Shown in pieces: positions 48,635 through 58,074 of a stretch of 64,000 nt of DNA (position 1 is its first letter; each line of letters opens with the position of its first letter). The stretch covers positions 42,916 through 106,915 of the forward strand of contig JAZQUH010000034.1 of the NCBI GenBank assembly GCA_045631185.1, given 5' to 3'. Position numbers and translations under genes: made by a program. Origin of the DNA: Alphaproteobacteria bacterium (GTDB taxonomy: Bacteria; Pseudomonadota; Alphaproteobacteria; CAAHEQ01; UBA3637). A model generated the notes under the pieces. The model worked only from the letters and a program-made list of their open reading frames with translations. It did not search any database and was not told the DNA's origin.

Positions 48635-50113
48635 ATGGCAATGGAAGAAAATTTGGGACATGAACAACGTCAGGTTCGTTTGAACAAACTGCGTGCTTTG
48701 GAAAGTAAAGGGATAAATCCGTATCCACATACTTTTAAACCAACGGCAACCAATGCTTCTTTGACAAAAAAATATGTTGATTTAGCGCCAGATACTCAAA
48801 CGGAAGATGTCGTTCAGGTAGCGGGTCGTGTGCGTGCCATTCGTAACTCCGGTATGTTTATGGATATTTACGATGTAACCGGAAAGGTTCAAATTTATAC
48901 TTCCAAAGAACATTCAGATTCGGCTGTTTTGGAAATGTTGGATATGATTGATATTGGGGATATGATTGGTATTCAAGGAACAGTTCGCAGAACAAAACGT
49001 GGTGAGTTGTCCGTCAATACCCAACAAATTACAATGTTGGCCAAGGCTTTGTTGCCGCTTCCCGAAAAATTCCATGGTTTGACGGATACGGATACAAAGT
49101 ATCGCCATCGTGAATTGGATATGATTATGAATCCTGAAACAATTCAGACCTTGATTAAACGCAGTCAGATTATTGAATCCATTCGTCAATTACTGCGTGA
49201 AAAAGGTTTGTTTGAGGTTGAAACACCTGTTTTGCAAACAATTAAAGGCGGTGCAACGGCCAAGCCGTTTATCACACATCACAACAGCTTGGATATGGAA
49301 TTATTCTTGCGTGTGGCACCGGAATTATTCTTAAAGCGTTTGATTGTTGGTGGTATGCCTGGTGTGTTTGAATTTGCCCGAAATTTCCGTAACGAAGGTA
49401 TGGATACAACGCATAATCCTGAATTTACGGGATTGGAATTATATATTCCTTATATGGATTATAATGATATGGCCGACTTGTTTGAAGAAATCGTCCGTAA
49501 AGCCTGTTTGGATGTCAATGGTTCTTTGCAATTAGAATATGACGGTAAACAGTTTGATTTATCTCAACCCTTTGCTCGTGTCACCATGAATGATATGATT
49601 AAAAAATATGCTGGCGTTGATTTTATGGCTATTGAAACAGATGAGCAAGCCAGAATGGAAGCCGAAAAATTGGGTGTTCATGTGGATGAAACGGATGATT
49701 GGGGGCATTGTATGGCGGCTGTTTTTGAAGAAAAATGTGAAGAGCATTTAATTCAACCGACCATTGTAATGGACCACCCAAAATCATTGAATCCTTTGTG
49801 TAAAACACATCGAACAGAACCGCGTTTGGTGGAACAGTTTGAACCATATATCAATGGAAAAGAGATGGGAAATGCCTATTCTGAATTGACAAATCCGTTG
49901 GATCAAAGGGAACGTTTTGAAGAACAGGTTGCCGCCCGTGAAGCCGGTGATGAAGAAGCTGATATGATGGATGATGATTTTGTTGAAGCTTTGGAACACG
50001 GTTTACCCCCAACGGGTGGTATGGGTATCGGTATTGACCGTTTAGTGATGTTCTTGACGGGAAATACATCCATCCGTGATGTGTTGGCTTTCCCGACAAT
50101 GCGGAAAAAATAA
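48635..50113 (+). CDS. lysS: lysine--tRNA ligase (class II)
   Basis: Class II motifs. Start taken at MAMEEN with AAAGGA RBS. The six-frame ORF extends 60 nt further upstream. Confidence 0.9.
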   Translation: MAMEENLGHEQRQVRLNKLRALESKGINPYPHTFKPTATNASLTKKYVDLAPDTQTEDVVQVAGRVRAIRNSGMFMDIYDVTGKVQIYTSKEHSDSAVLEMLDMIDIGDMIGIQGTVRRTKRGELSVNTQQITMLAKALLPLPEKFHGLTDTDTKYRHRELDMIMNPETIQTLIKRSQIIESIRQLLREKGLFEVETPVLQTIKGGATAKPFITHHNSLDMELFLRVAPELFLKRLIVGGMPGVFEFARNFRNEGMDTTHNPEFTGLELYIPYMDYNDMADLFEEIVRKACLDVNGSLQLEYDGKQFDLSQPFARVTMNDMIKKYAGVDFMAIETDEQARMEAEKLGVHVDETDDWGHCMAAVFEEKCEEHLIQPTIVMDHPKSLNPLCKTHRTEPRLVEQFEPYINGKEMGNAYSELTNPLDQRERFEEQVAAREAGDEEADMMDDDFVEALEHGLPPTGGMGIGIDRLVMFLTGNTSIRDVLAFPTMRKK

Positions 50114-50179
50114 TTTATCATCTGATAAGATTTTGAAAAAAAGATATTCATTACTATTTAAATAAAGGAGGGAAATATT

Positions 50180-50437
50180 ATGAAAGAACTTTTTAAAAAT
50201 CTGATGAATTTGGATAAGCCAATTTTGACCCAAAAATTGGCCCCCAGTTTAACGCCGTTTGCCCGATTGATTTATATTATCGGATTGGTGATTTTGACTT
50301 TGGCCACATTGGGTGCTTTATATTTGTTGTTGAAATTGGAAATATCTGAATTTTTGCTCGCTTTAATTGGTATTTTTGCCGAATTTGCTTTGCTTCGGAT
50401 GTTTTGCGAATATCTGGTGGCCAGTGGGCGTAAATAA
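50180..50437 (+). CDS. small hypothetical membrane protein
   Basis: 85-aa ORF, two hydrophobic helices, strong AAGGAGGG RBS. Confidence 0.4.
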   Translation: MKELFKNLMNLDKPILTQKLAPSLTPFARLIYIIGLVILTLATLGALYLLLKLEISEFLLALIGIFAEFALLRMFCEYLVASGRK

Positions 50438-50442
50438 AAAAC

Positions 50443-50520
<78 letters not shown>

Positions 50521-50527
50521 CCTCTTT

Positions 50528-50971
50528 ATGGAGTATCATTTGGATTTTCAAGCAACGGCTGTTTCATATAAAAATCAGGCTGTTTTAATTACGGGGCCGT
50601 CTGGCGTAGGAAAAACAGCTCTTGCTCTACGTTTGATTGAAAATGGCGCTGTATTGATTGGTGATGATATTGTTGAAATTTTTATAAAAAACAAACAATT
50701 ATATTGCAAAGCTAAAGAAAAACTTAAAGGTATTCTTGAGGTGAGAGGGTTGGGGCTGGTTGCCGGTTTAAAGGTAAAAAGCGTCAGCAAAATTGCCTGT
50801 CAAATTCGTCTACATCCCCAAAAAACAGAGCGTCTTCCTGAATTTCGGACAACCGATTTAATGGGTAAAAAAATACCTGTTTTTGATTTTTATGCTTGCG
50901 AAACAAATTTTATTCAAGTATTATATGCATTGAAAGTATTAAATAAGGAATTAACCCTGTTAAAGGAGTAG
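50528..50971 (+). CDS. hprK: HPr kinase/phosphorylase, short alphaproteobacterial form (C-terminal domain only)
   Basis: P-loop GPSGVGKT. LEVRGLGLV capping motif. Start moved to MEYH to avoid overlap with tRNA-Arg. Confidence 0.8.
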   Translation: MEYHLDFQATAVSYKNQAVLITGPSGVGKTALALRLIENGAVLIGDDIVEIFIKNKQLYCKAKEKLKGILEVRGLGLVAGLKVKSVSKIACQIRLHPQKTERLPEFRTTDLMGKKIPVFDFYACETNFIQVLYALKVLNKELTLLKE

Positions 50972-50974
50972 GTT

Positions 50975-51397
50975 ATGCTTGGTATTGTATTGGTGGGGCA
51001 CAATCAGTTGGCTGAGGCAATGAAATCGGTGGCTGAGCATGTTGTGGGGCCTTTGCCCGATGTTGCCTGTGTTTCGGTCAATCCGATGGATGATATTGAA
51101 GAAAAACGTCAGGAAATTGCCCAAAAAATAAATCAGGTAGATAAGGGTAAAGGCGTTGTTTTATTGACGGATATGTTTGGCGGTACACCTTCAAATTTAG
51201 CTATTTCTTTAATGCAGGAAGGACAAGTGGAAGTGATTTCAGGTATGAATATACCGATGATTGTAAAGTTGGTTCGTATGCGCAAGAAAAAACTAATGGA
51301 TGCCGTGCAACAATCATCTGAATCGGGGCAACATTATATAATGGTTGCTTCACAATTTTTAGGAAAGAAAAATGACAACAAATCAAAAAACAGTTAA
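50975..51397 (+). CDS. PTS EIIA component, mannose/fructose family
   Basis: MLGIVLVGHNQLAEAMKSVAEHVVG with the conserved His-containing N-terminus of EIIA-Man. Confidence 0.8.
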   Translation: MLGIVLVGHNQLAEAMKSVAEHVVGPLPDVACVSVNPMDDIEEKRQEIAQKINQVDKGKGVVLLTDMFGGTPSNLAISLMQEGQVEVISGMNIPMIVKLVRMRKKKLMDAVQQSSESGQHYIMVASQFLGKKNDNKSKNS

Positions 51398-51650
51398 AAT
51401 TCAAAATGTGCGTGGCTTACATGCCCGTGCAACGGCTGAGTTTGTAAAATTGGCCGATACTTTTTCGGGCGAAGTGTATGTGACCAATGAACAAGGTTTG
51501 CGTGTCAACGGAAAATCAATTATGGGCTTGCTGATGTTGGGGGCATCTATGGGAACAACTTTAACCATTGAAGCCGAAGGTGAATTTTCGGATGAAATTT
51601 TGGAAAAATTGATAGATTTAGTCAATAATAAATTTGGGGAAGACGCATGA
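51372..51650 (+). CDS. ptsH: HPr-like phosphocarrier protein (NPr)
   Basis: VRGLHARA active-site His15 region. GKSIMGLLMLGA Ser46 region. Confidence 0.85.
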   Translation: MTTNQKTVKIQNVRGLHARATAEFVKLADTFSGEVYVTNEQGLRVNGKSIMGLLMLGASMGTTLTIEAEGEFSDEILEKLIDLVNNKFGEDA

Positions 51651-52141
51651 CGGATAAATGGCAAAAAATATTGGTAGGTTTTCTTTTGATATGCCTGTTG
51701 GGGGTGTGGTTGGTATGGGCGCATAACAGCTCTATCAAGCAACAAAAAAAACAAGATTTTATATTATATGCTTATTTTTCAAAGACAGATGGTTTGAATG
51801 TAGGGTCGCCTGTGCGTTTATCAGGTTTGCCGATCGGTCGTGTTTTTGCCATGGATTTTGGTGAAGATTATTTGGTTCGTGCCACATTGGCCTTTGATAA
51901 GCAATTTGATTTATCAATTGATACATCGGTATCCATTGAAACAGATGGCATTTTCGGTTCAAAGCATATTGAATTGATCCCCGGTGCGGATGAAGAATTA
52001 TTTGTAAGCGGTGATACAATTGCGTATACTCAGGATGCTTTGTTATTGGATGAGCTGTTGGAAAAATTGAATGGTTTTATGGCGAACAAAAAAAATAAAA
52101 ATGAAGAAAAAGGAGAATTAAATGAAGAAGAATCCAATTGA
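51647..52141 (+). CDS. MlaD/MCE-domain protein
   Basis: N-terminal TM followed by MCE fold (NVGSPVRLSGLPIGRV). Confidence 0.6.
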   Translation: MTDKWQKILVGFLLICLLGVWLVWAHNSSIKQQKKQDFILYAYFSKTDGLNVGSPVRLSGLPIGRVFAMDFGEDYLVRATLAFDKQFDLSIDTSVSIETDGIFGSKHIELIPGADEELFVSGDTIAYTQDALLLDELLEKLNGFMANKKNKNEEKGELNEEESN

Positions 52142-52565
52142 AACAATTTTAGGTTTTTGTGTTTTGGTATTTGCTGTCGTCTTTATGTTTTATGCGGCGG
52201 GCAGGGTGGATAAACGCCAAGTGCAAGGCTATCATGTATTGGCCAATTTTTCAAAAATTGGAGGGTTGCAGGTTGGATCTGACGTGATGATTTCCGGTAT
52301 AAAGGTTGGCACAGTTATGAAAACCCAATTAAATCAGGATGATTATACGGCCGATGTTTTGTTAAGCATTGATTCCAGTATTTCGTTGCCTATTGATACG
52401 GTGGCGGCCATTGCGGATGCCGGTTTGATGGGGGATAAATATGTGCGTTTGGAACCGGGCAAAAGCCGTGCTTTATTAAAAGACGGTGATAAAATGTTGA
52501 ATACCAAAAACTATAAATCTTTGGAAGACAATGTTTCTGAATTTATCTTTTTATCCACAAAGTAG
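52122..52565 (+). CDS. MlaD/MCE-domain protein, second tandem paralog
   Basis: N-terminal TM followed by MCE fold (QVGSDVMISGIKVGTV). Confidence 0.6.
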   Translation: MKKNPIETILGFCVLVFAVVFMFYAAGRVDKRQVQGYHVLANFSKIGGLQVGSDVMISGIKVGTVMKTQLNQDDYTADVLLSIDSSISLPIDTVAAIADAGLMGDKYVRLEPGKSRALLKDGDKMLNTKNYKSLEDNVSEFIFLSTK

Positions 52566-52571
52566 GGCGAT

Positions 52572-53003
52572 ATGAAAAAACTGTTTTTTCTTTTGATTTT
52601 ATGGATATTTCCTGTGTTTGGGGCAACGATTCCGACCGATGCTGTTATTTTACAGGGGATGGATAAAGTAACGGGTCGGGTAAAAGAGCTTTCATTACCC
52701 GTTGGTTCCAGCATTGATTTTGGCGAATTGACAATTACGGTGGATAAATGTTTGACAAAGACACCCGAAGAAACGCCCGAAAATGCCGCTTTTTTAAGAA
52801 TTGTTCAAGCCGATAAAGAACTTTTTTCGGGTTGGATGTTTTCTTCTAATCCGGCCATATCGGCTATGGAAGATCCTGTTTATGATGTTTGGGTGGTTTC
52901 ATGTGTGGTTGAAACGCCAGAAATATTCGAAACAGAGGTATTACCATCACCGGAACCGGATAACGAAGAAGTTGAAATAACTGATATGGAAATTGAAGAT
53001 TAA
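52572..53003 (+). CDS. periplasmic hypothetical protein (DUF2155-like) of the mla neighbourhood
   Basis: Signal peptide MKKLFFLLILWIFPVFGA. Acidic C-terminal tail. Confidence 0.35.
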   Translation: MKKLFFLLILWIFPVFGATIPTDAVILQGMDKVTGRVKELSLPVGSSIDFGELTITVDKCLTKTPEETPENAAFLRIVQADKELFSGWMFSSNPAISAMEDPVYDVWVVSCVVETPEIFETEVLPSPEPDNEEVEITDMEIED

Positions 53004-53019
53004 AAAATCCAACAATCCC

Positions 53020-53048
53020 TTGACAAAGGCGATAAAGTTCGCTAGTAT
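53020..53048 (+). promoter_or_regulatory. near-consensus sigma70 promoter TTGACA-17-TAGTAT (copy of 23825-23853)
   Basis: Identical 29-nt promoter. Identity with the 23824 locus starts exactly at cTTGACA. Confidence 0.65.
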
Positions 53049-53125
53049 GGGGATAAATGAGCAAACAGGGAGACTCTAAAAAATGATTTTAAACCACGAT
53101 AAAGGTATAAATAAAGGAACCTTGT

Positions 53126-53138
53126 ACACACACACACA
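53126..53138 (+). repeat. (CA)6 dinucleotide tract (13 nt), two units shorter than at 23931
   Basis: gtACACACACACACAttt. Puts the upstream RBS-served ATG (53083) out of frame with the pilin-like ORF. That frame stops at 53155-53157 after 24 codons. Confidence 0.9.
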
Positions 53139-53180
53139 TTTAATTTTGAAAAGATAAAATCCGCCGAAGGCGGACGTTCC

Positions 53181-54575
53181 ATGTCCGAGATGTTGGGCGT
53201 ATTGGCCATCATTGGTGTATTAAGTGTATCGGGTGTTGCGGGTTATCGCCATGGTATTACCAAACACCGTGCCAATGTTACATTAAACGATTCACGCATG
53301 GCGTATATGGAATCCAAAACACGCCCAAATGTGCCTGACCACGCATGGCACGATATTTCGCATAACTTTGATTCGGGTAAATCATTCCAAATGTTGCGTG
53401 ATAAAAAGGGCAACGATTACGTTAAAGTCATGGAGGTTGATGAAAGGGTTTGTCGTCAGATTTTAAAAATGTCCGTATCGGGCAGGTTGTCATTTTTAAC
53501 CGAAAACGGTGAAAATAAAACCGATTGTAGTGAAGAAAATAATATCGTGATATCATGGGATGGCTTGGGCAAACCCAGCGATTGTGAAATAAAAGCCGAT
53601 TGTGGTGAAAATTTTGCGGGTATTTGTACAAATCAAGGTCATTGTCGCTTATGTGATACGGCAACGGAACGGATGAATTCGGATGGCACAGCGTGTGAAT
53701 GTGACCCCGAAAAAGCGGTATCATGCACGGATGGTGGCGAAAGCACATGGTGTTGTGGTGCCGGTCTTATCTGTGATACAGAAAACAAAGGCTGTAAAGC
53801 GGGCGATGGAAAATGTACCTATTATTTTAACGAATCGGATGAAACATCAGAATACACCACCGATTGCAGTTATACCCTATCCGATGAAAGCAATGTTGAA
53901 TATTACTATTCAAATTGTTATTATACCATTGGATCAACACCGTCGATGACCAGTCAGGTTATCGGTAATACCACGCAATCATTATCACATCCGAATATAG
54001 GTTCTTCGACCCCCCGTGGCGGATGCCCCCCGAATCAATATTGTACATTGTTGTGGACGGGAACCCCCATTGAAACCCAGGGAAACAACTATATTTTTGC
54101 ATCCAAACCCACATCGGCATCGGCGGGAATGACGGGTATTTTATATGGCAAATGTCAAACATTATCGGGTAATGATTCAACGCCATTGACGGAAAACAAA
54201 AACGGATCGGGTCAAATGGTGGGCAATGGCGCCCGTGGCGGATGTCCGGAAAATCAATATTGTTTATTGATGTGGAAACAACAATCATGGACGGGAACCG
54301 GCGAACCCAAACTTACCGCATCGGATACGGGTGAAATGTATGGTAAATGCCAAATGTTATCCGGCAATGATGCCACCCCAAAAATTGCCGAAGGATCAAC
54401 ATTTACACGGTATAGGGTGGGGCAAGGATGCCCGATTGGGCAATATTGCCGTTTATTGTGGAAAAATGAAAGTTGTACAAATCTGACGGCTTCGGATATG
54501 GGTGGGTTATCGGGTGTTTGTTTATCCATGTCCGGCCCAACGCCGGGTACGATTGATTGCCCTTATAAACAATAA
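53181..54575 (+). CDS. type-IV-pilin-like Cys-rich modular surface protein, long paralog 2, with leader region out of frame (phase-OFF or 5'-truncated)
   Basis: First 205 aa about 95% identical to paralog 1. C-terminal module replaced by three different repeats (GGCPxNQYC.L.W...YGKCQ.LSGND). The in-frame sequence upstream of ATG 53181 reads ..EGGRSM but reaches a stop at 53112-53114 with no start codon. Confidence 0.65.
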   Translation: MSEMLGVLAIIGVLSVSGVAGYRHGITKHRANVTLNDSRMAYMESKTRPNVPDHAWHDISHNFDSGKSFQMLRDKKGNDYVKVMEVDERVCRQILKMSVSGRLSFLTENGENKTDCSEENNIVISWDGLGKPSDCEIKADCGENFAGICTNQGHCRLCDTATERMNSDGTACECDPEKAVSCTDGGESTWCCGAGLICDTENKGCKAGDGKCTYYFNESDETSEYTTDCSYTLSDESNVEYYYSNCYYTIGSTPSMTSQVIGNTTQSLSHPNIGSSTPRGGCPPNQYCTLLWTGTPIETQGNNYIFASKPTSASAGMTGILYGKCQTLSGNDSTPLTENKNGSGQMVGNGARGGCPENQYCLLMWKQQSWTGTGEPKLTASDTGEMYGKCQMLSGNDATPKIAEGSTFTRYRVGQGCPIGQYCRLLWKNESCTNLTASDMGGLSGVCLSMSGPTPGTIDCPYKQ

Positions 54576-54590
54576 AAGAAAGGAAAAAAC

Positions 54591-54986
54591 ATGAAAAAAA
54601 ATTTAATGATTTTATCTGTGCTTGTTTTGGTTATGTCCACGCCGGCGTTGTCGGCGACTTGTGCCAACGGTGCGGGAACGCAGGTGATAGGTGTGGATGG
54701 CGAAACATATTGTCGTTCCAATGTGAATATGAATTGGTGGAGTGCGTATGCATGGTGTGATGCCGCCAATATGACATTGGTTTCATTGGACAGATGTAAT
54801 GGTAAAAATGGCAATATTACGGGGGAAGTTGCCTGTCCCAATTTTAAAGGGACGGGGGGCTCTGTGACTTGCTGGACATCTTCTGTGCCAAACAGCTCTT
54901 TCGCCTTCAACGTGAATCTTTCTTCCGGTGCTGTTTTCAACAGCCACACCCGTAACTACTACAGCCTCTACGCCCTCTGTGAGTAG
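54591..54986 (+). CDS. small secreted C-type-lectin-like protein, partner of pilin-like paralog 2
   Basis: Signal peptide. NMNWWSAYAWCDAANMTLVSL CTLD-like motif. C-terminus ...SLYALCE. 15-nt gap after the upstream gene with AAAGGAAA RBS. Confidence 0.45.
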   Translation: MKKNLMILSVLVLVMSTPALSATCANGAGTQVIGVDGETYCRSNVNMNWWSAYAWCDAANMTLVSLDRCNGKNGNITGEVACPNFKGTGGSVTCWTSSVPNSSFAFNVNLSSGAVFNSHTRNYYSLYALCE

Positions 54987-55005
54987 AGTTCTCGGCTTTT
55001 TAAAT

Positions 55006-55023
55006 ACTGCCCCGATTTATCGG
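55006..55023. terminator. bidirectional terminator hairpin (CCCCGA-TTTA-TCGGGG)
   Basis: Between convergent lectin-like and comF genes. Same TTTATCGGGGC core as the terminators at 505 and 1762. Confidence 0.5.
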
Positions 55024-55031
55024 GGCCGAAT

Positions 55032-55781
55032 TTATTTCCTGATAACACGGGCCAAAGACAAAATATAAACGGATTTTGCACCGGCTTTTTTCAATGTTTT
55101 GGTGCATTCATTGATGGTGGCACCTGTTGTCATTACATCATCAATCAACAGGATATTCTTATCCCTGACAGATAACGGATTCGTTATTTTAAATGCATTT
55201 TTAACGTTTTTCTTTCTTTGTTTTGGGTTCATATGTCCCTGTGATTTTGTATAACGGCAGCGCTTTAAACATTGTGGCAGATATTCTTTATTATTCATTT
55301 TGGCCAATTCTTTTGCCAACAAAGCGGATTGATTATATTTTCTTTTTAAAAGCCGATAAAAATGCAAAGGGACAGGCACAATGCAATCGCAATTTGAAAT
55401 TAAATCTTTTCCCCGTTGATTCATCCATTTGGCCAATAATGGTGTTATTTCAATGAAATCAGTATGTTTAAAGGGTAAAATCAGGGCTTTGCTGGTTTCA
55501 TCATATTTTAAAACGGAAAGTGCTTTATCATAATCGGGCATCTTTTCCAAACAATGAATGCATAATTTTGCCTGTTCATAGGGCAGAGGTGCACCACATT
55601 TTTGACAAACTGTATTTGAAATAAAAGTCAACTTAGAAAAACACACACCGCAAACAGTATTGTTTTCCAAGACTTTATTACGACAAATCGGACATTGGGG
55701 CGGTAACAAAAAATCAATAAAACTTTTTATCCATGACATTTGGCTTGCCTTTATAAAAAAACTTACCATATATAATAGCAT
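55032..55781 (-). CDS. comF: ComF-family protein (competence, phosphoribosyltransferase domain + N-terminal zinc fingers)
   Basis: CPICRNKV...CGVCF and CQKCGAPL...CIHC zinc-finger pairs. PRT motif ILLIDDVMTTGATI. An alternative start at 55739 (MSWIKSF) is more likely than 55781. Confidence 0.7.
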   Translation of the reverse strand: MLLYMVSFFIKASQMSWIKSFIDFLLPPQCPICRNKVLENNTVCGVCFSKLTFISNTVCQKCGAPLPYEQAKLCIHCLEKMPDYDKALSVLKYDETSKALILPFKHTDFIEITPLLAKWMNQRGKDLISNCDCIVPVPLHFYRLLKRKYNQSALLAKELAKMNNKEYLPQCLKRCRYTKSQGHMNPKQRKKNVKNAFKITNPLSVRDKNILLIDDVMTTGATINECTKTLKKAGAKSVYILSLARVIRK

Positions 55782-55795
55782 AAAAGGAGGGAAAA

Positions 55796-56254
55796 ATGCA
55801 AAAAAAATCTGTTTGGACTCAAGTCGGAAGATTTTTGTTTTTATTGATTTTGGTCAATTTGGTGGGCTATATTGCCTCGTCTTATATGACGGCTGATACT
55901 TTAAATTGGTATCACGCTTTGCCAAATTCCCCCTTAACACCGCCGGATTGGGCCTTTGGGATTGTGTGGTCTATTTTGTTTTTCATGATGGCTCTTTCAT
56001 ATTTTTTGGTTTGGGGCAGGGCATCCCCCCGTTGGTTTGTTATACAATTGCTTGGTAACATGTTATGGAGCTTTTGCTTTTTTTATTTGCGTTCCCCGTT
56101 ATTGGGCTTTATATGTGTTTTGTTTTTGATTTTTGCATTGATCATGAACATCCGTTCGTTTTCAAAAGTCAGTAAAATATCAGGATTGTTATTGGTGCCG
56201 ACTTTGTTGTGGTGCATGTTCGCATTATATTTAAACGGATATTTGATTTTTTAA
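55796..56254 (+). CDS. tspO: TspO/MBR family tryptophan-rich sensory protein
   Basis: Five-TM, W-rich (NWYHALPNSPLTPPDWAFGIVWSILFFMMALSYFLVW). GGAGG RBS. Confidence 0.7.
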   Translation: MQKKSVWTQVGRFLFLLILVNLVGYIASSYMTADTLNWYHALPNSPLTPPDWAFGIVWSILFFMMALSYFLVWGRASPRWFVIQLLGNMLWSFCFFYLRSPLLGFICVLFLIFALIMNIRSFSKVSKISGLLLVPTLLWCMFALYLNGYLIF

Positions 56255-56317
56255 AAAATTGACAAAAAATGTTTTTTGTGATATTCTTGTTTAAAACAAA
56301 ATTAAAAGGAATAAAAC

Positions 56318-56503
56318 ATGAATTGTGAAATTACCAGTAAAACAACAGGTGACAGAGTAAATGTTGCCGCCGGTATTATGGCTGTTGTGGGCAGTTTGGC
56401 TATTTTAGGTTTTTTTGTGGCCCGTGTATGTCAAGAAATTGGTAAAGAAAAGGTTCCTGCGTCTCAGGTTCAGGTTTTAAAAGCCAAGTCAAACAGTCGA
56501 TAA
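56318..56503 (+). CDS. small hypothetical membrane protein
   Basis: 61 aa, single TM, AAAGGA RBS. Confidence 0.3.
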   Translation: MNCEITSKTTGDRVNVAAGIMAVVGSLAILGFFVARVCQEIGKEKVPASQVQVLKAKSNSR

Positions 56504-56556
56504 AAAAGCTTGTTTTTTGATTAAAATTATGCTAGGATGATGTGGTCTTATTTCAT

Positions 56557-56631
56557 GACCCTATCATCTAATGGTTAGGATACAGCCCTCTCAAGGCTGG
56601 TATACGGGTTCAAATCCCGTTAGGGTCGCCA
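56557..56631 (+). tRNA. tRNA-Glu (anticodon CUC)
   Basis: Acceptor GACCCTA/TAGGGTC. Anticodon stem CAGCC/GGCTG with loop CTCTCAA. T-arm CGGGT-TCAAATC-CCG. CCA encoded. Confidence 0.7.
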
Positions 56632-56636
56632 ATTTA

Positions 56637-56666
56637 AAAGTCCCCGATTTTTCGGGGCTTTTTATC
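56637..56666. terminator. terminator hairpin (TCCCCGA-TTTT-TCGGGGC + T-run)
   Basis: After tRNA-Glu and convergent with the pyk end. Confidence 0.55.
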
Positions 56667-58074
56667 AAACATCAACAATATACAGGATATTCGTATTGCC
56701 TTGGTTGCCAAAAGGATAACCGGCTGTGATAATCATCTGTTCGCCACGTTTGGCCAAAAGGTGCTGTCTGGCATTTTCTATAGCCAACGGCGCCACTTCA
56801 CCAATGTGTTTCACCGTTTTAATCCAAACAGGTGTGACCCCCCAAATCAATCCCATTTGATTGGCTGTTTTTTCGGATGTTGTCATACCTAAAATTGGGA
56901 CAATGGCACGTTCACGGGCTACCCGCAAAATTGTGCGACCTGAAACAGAATAAGTGGCAATACATCCCGGATGTGCCAAGGATTGAATCATTCGGCGCAT
57001 AGATGAGGTAATGGCGCACGCAATTGTTCCATCCAATGGTAAACGTAAAGCAGATAAGCGCATTTGATAATCGGGATCAGCTTGCGTTTTTAAAATCACG
57101 TCATGCATGGTTTGAACGGCCTGAACAGGATACTTTCCTGCGGCAGTTTCGGCCGATAACATTACGGCATCGGCGCCTTCATAAACAGCTGTGGCTATAT
57201 CAGAAACTTCCGCACGGGTAGGGACAGGGGCTTCAATCATACTTTCCAACATTTGTGTCGCCACGACAACGGGTTTTCCCGCCAAACGACAGGCAGCCAT
57301 AATTTTACGTTGTAATCCGGGGACAGAGGCAATCGGGCATTCCACACCCAAATCACCACGGGCCACCATAACGGCATCCGCCTCAGCCACGATTTCTGAG
57401 ATGTTTTGAACGGCGGCCGGTTTTTCTATTTTTGCCAAAATCGGTGTTTTATCACCAATCAAACGGCGGGCAGCGGTAATATCCTTTGCTGTTTGAACAA
57501 AGGACAGGCATATCCAATCAACACCGGCATTTAGGGCAAATTTTAAATCCTTTTTGTCTTTTGTCGTTAAAGATGCAATAGGTAAAATCACATCGGGGAC
57601 ATTGACGCCTTTATGATCAGAAAGTTCTCCGCCAACCAAAACTTTTGTTGTGATTTGTTTCGGTGTAACCTTTTGAACATGTAAAACAATTTTACCATCA
57701 TTTAATAATAGGTTCATTTTCTTTTTTAAAACTTTGAAAATTTCAGGATGAGGCAATTGGATTCGTTTATCATTTCCTGGTTTTTTATCATTATCCAAAG
57801 TAAATGTCTGGCCATTTTTTAAGGTGATACATCCTTTTTCAAAATTTCCGATACGTAATTTTGGACCTTGCATATCAGCCAAAATAGTGTAGTGTGTCTT
57901 ATTTTTTATGGCTAAATTACGAATGATTTGTATGCGTTCCAAGTGTTCGGAATAACTGCCATGACTGAAATTTAAACGAAAAACAGAAGCACCCGCTTTG
58001 GCCAATTTTTCAATCATTTTTGCCGAAGATGTGGCAGGTCCAAGGGTAGCGATAATTTTTGTTAAAGCGATCAT
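56665..58074 (-). CDS. pyk: pyruvate kinase
   Basis: 469 aa. TKIIATLGP N-terminus. MVARGDLG active-site region. Confidence 0.9.
   Translation of the reverse strand: MIALTKIIATLGPATSSAKMIEKLAKAGASVFRLNFSHGSYSEHLERIQIIRNLAIKNKTHYTILADMQGPKLRIGNFEKGCITLKNGQTFTLDNDKKPGNDKRIQLPHPEIFKVLKKKMNLLLNDGKIVLHVQKVTPKQITTKVLVGGELSDHKGVNVPDVILPIASLTTKDKKDLKFALNAGVDWICLSFVQTAKDITAARRLIGDKTPILAKIEKPAAVQNISEIVAEADAVMVARGDLGVECPIASVPGLQRKIMAACRLAGKPVVVATQMLESMIEAPVPTRAEVSDIATAVYEGADAVMLSAETAAGKYPVQAVQTMHDVILKTQADPDYQMRLSALRLPLDGTIACAITSSMRRMIQSLAHPGCIATYSVSGRTILRVARERAIVPILGMTTSEKTANQMGLIWGVTPVWIKTVKHIGEVAPLAIENARQHLLAKRGEQMIITAGYPFGNQGNTNILYIVDV

Noticed and set aside
53181-54575. Calling paralog 2 a plain pseudogene
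   Set aside because: The whole 464-codon frame is intact and the promoter and RBS are conserved. The only lesion is the (CA) tract length. A reversible phase-OFF state explains this better than decay, though pseudogenisation cannot be excluded from sequence alone.
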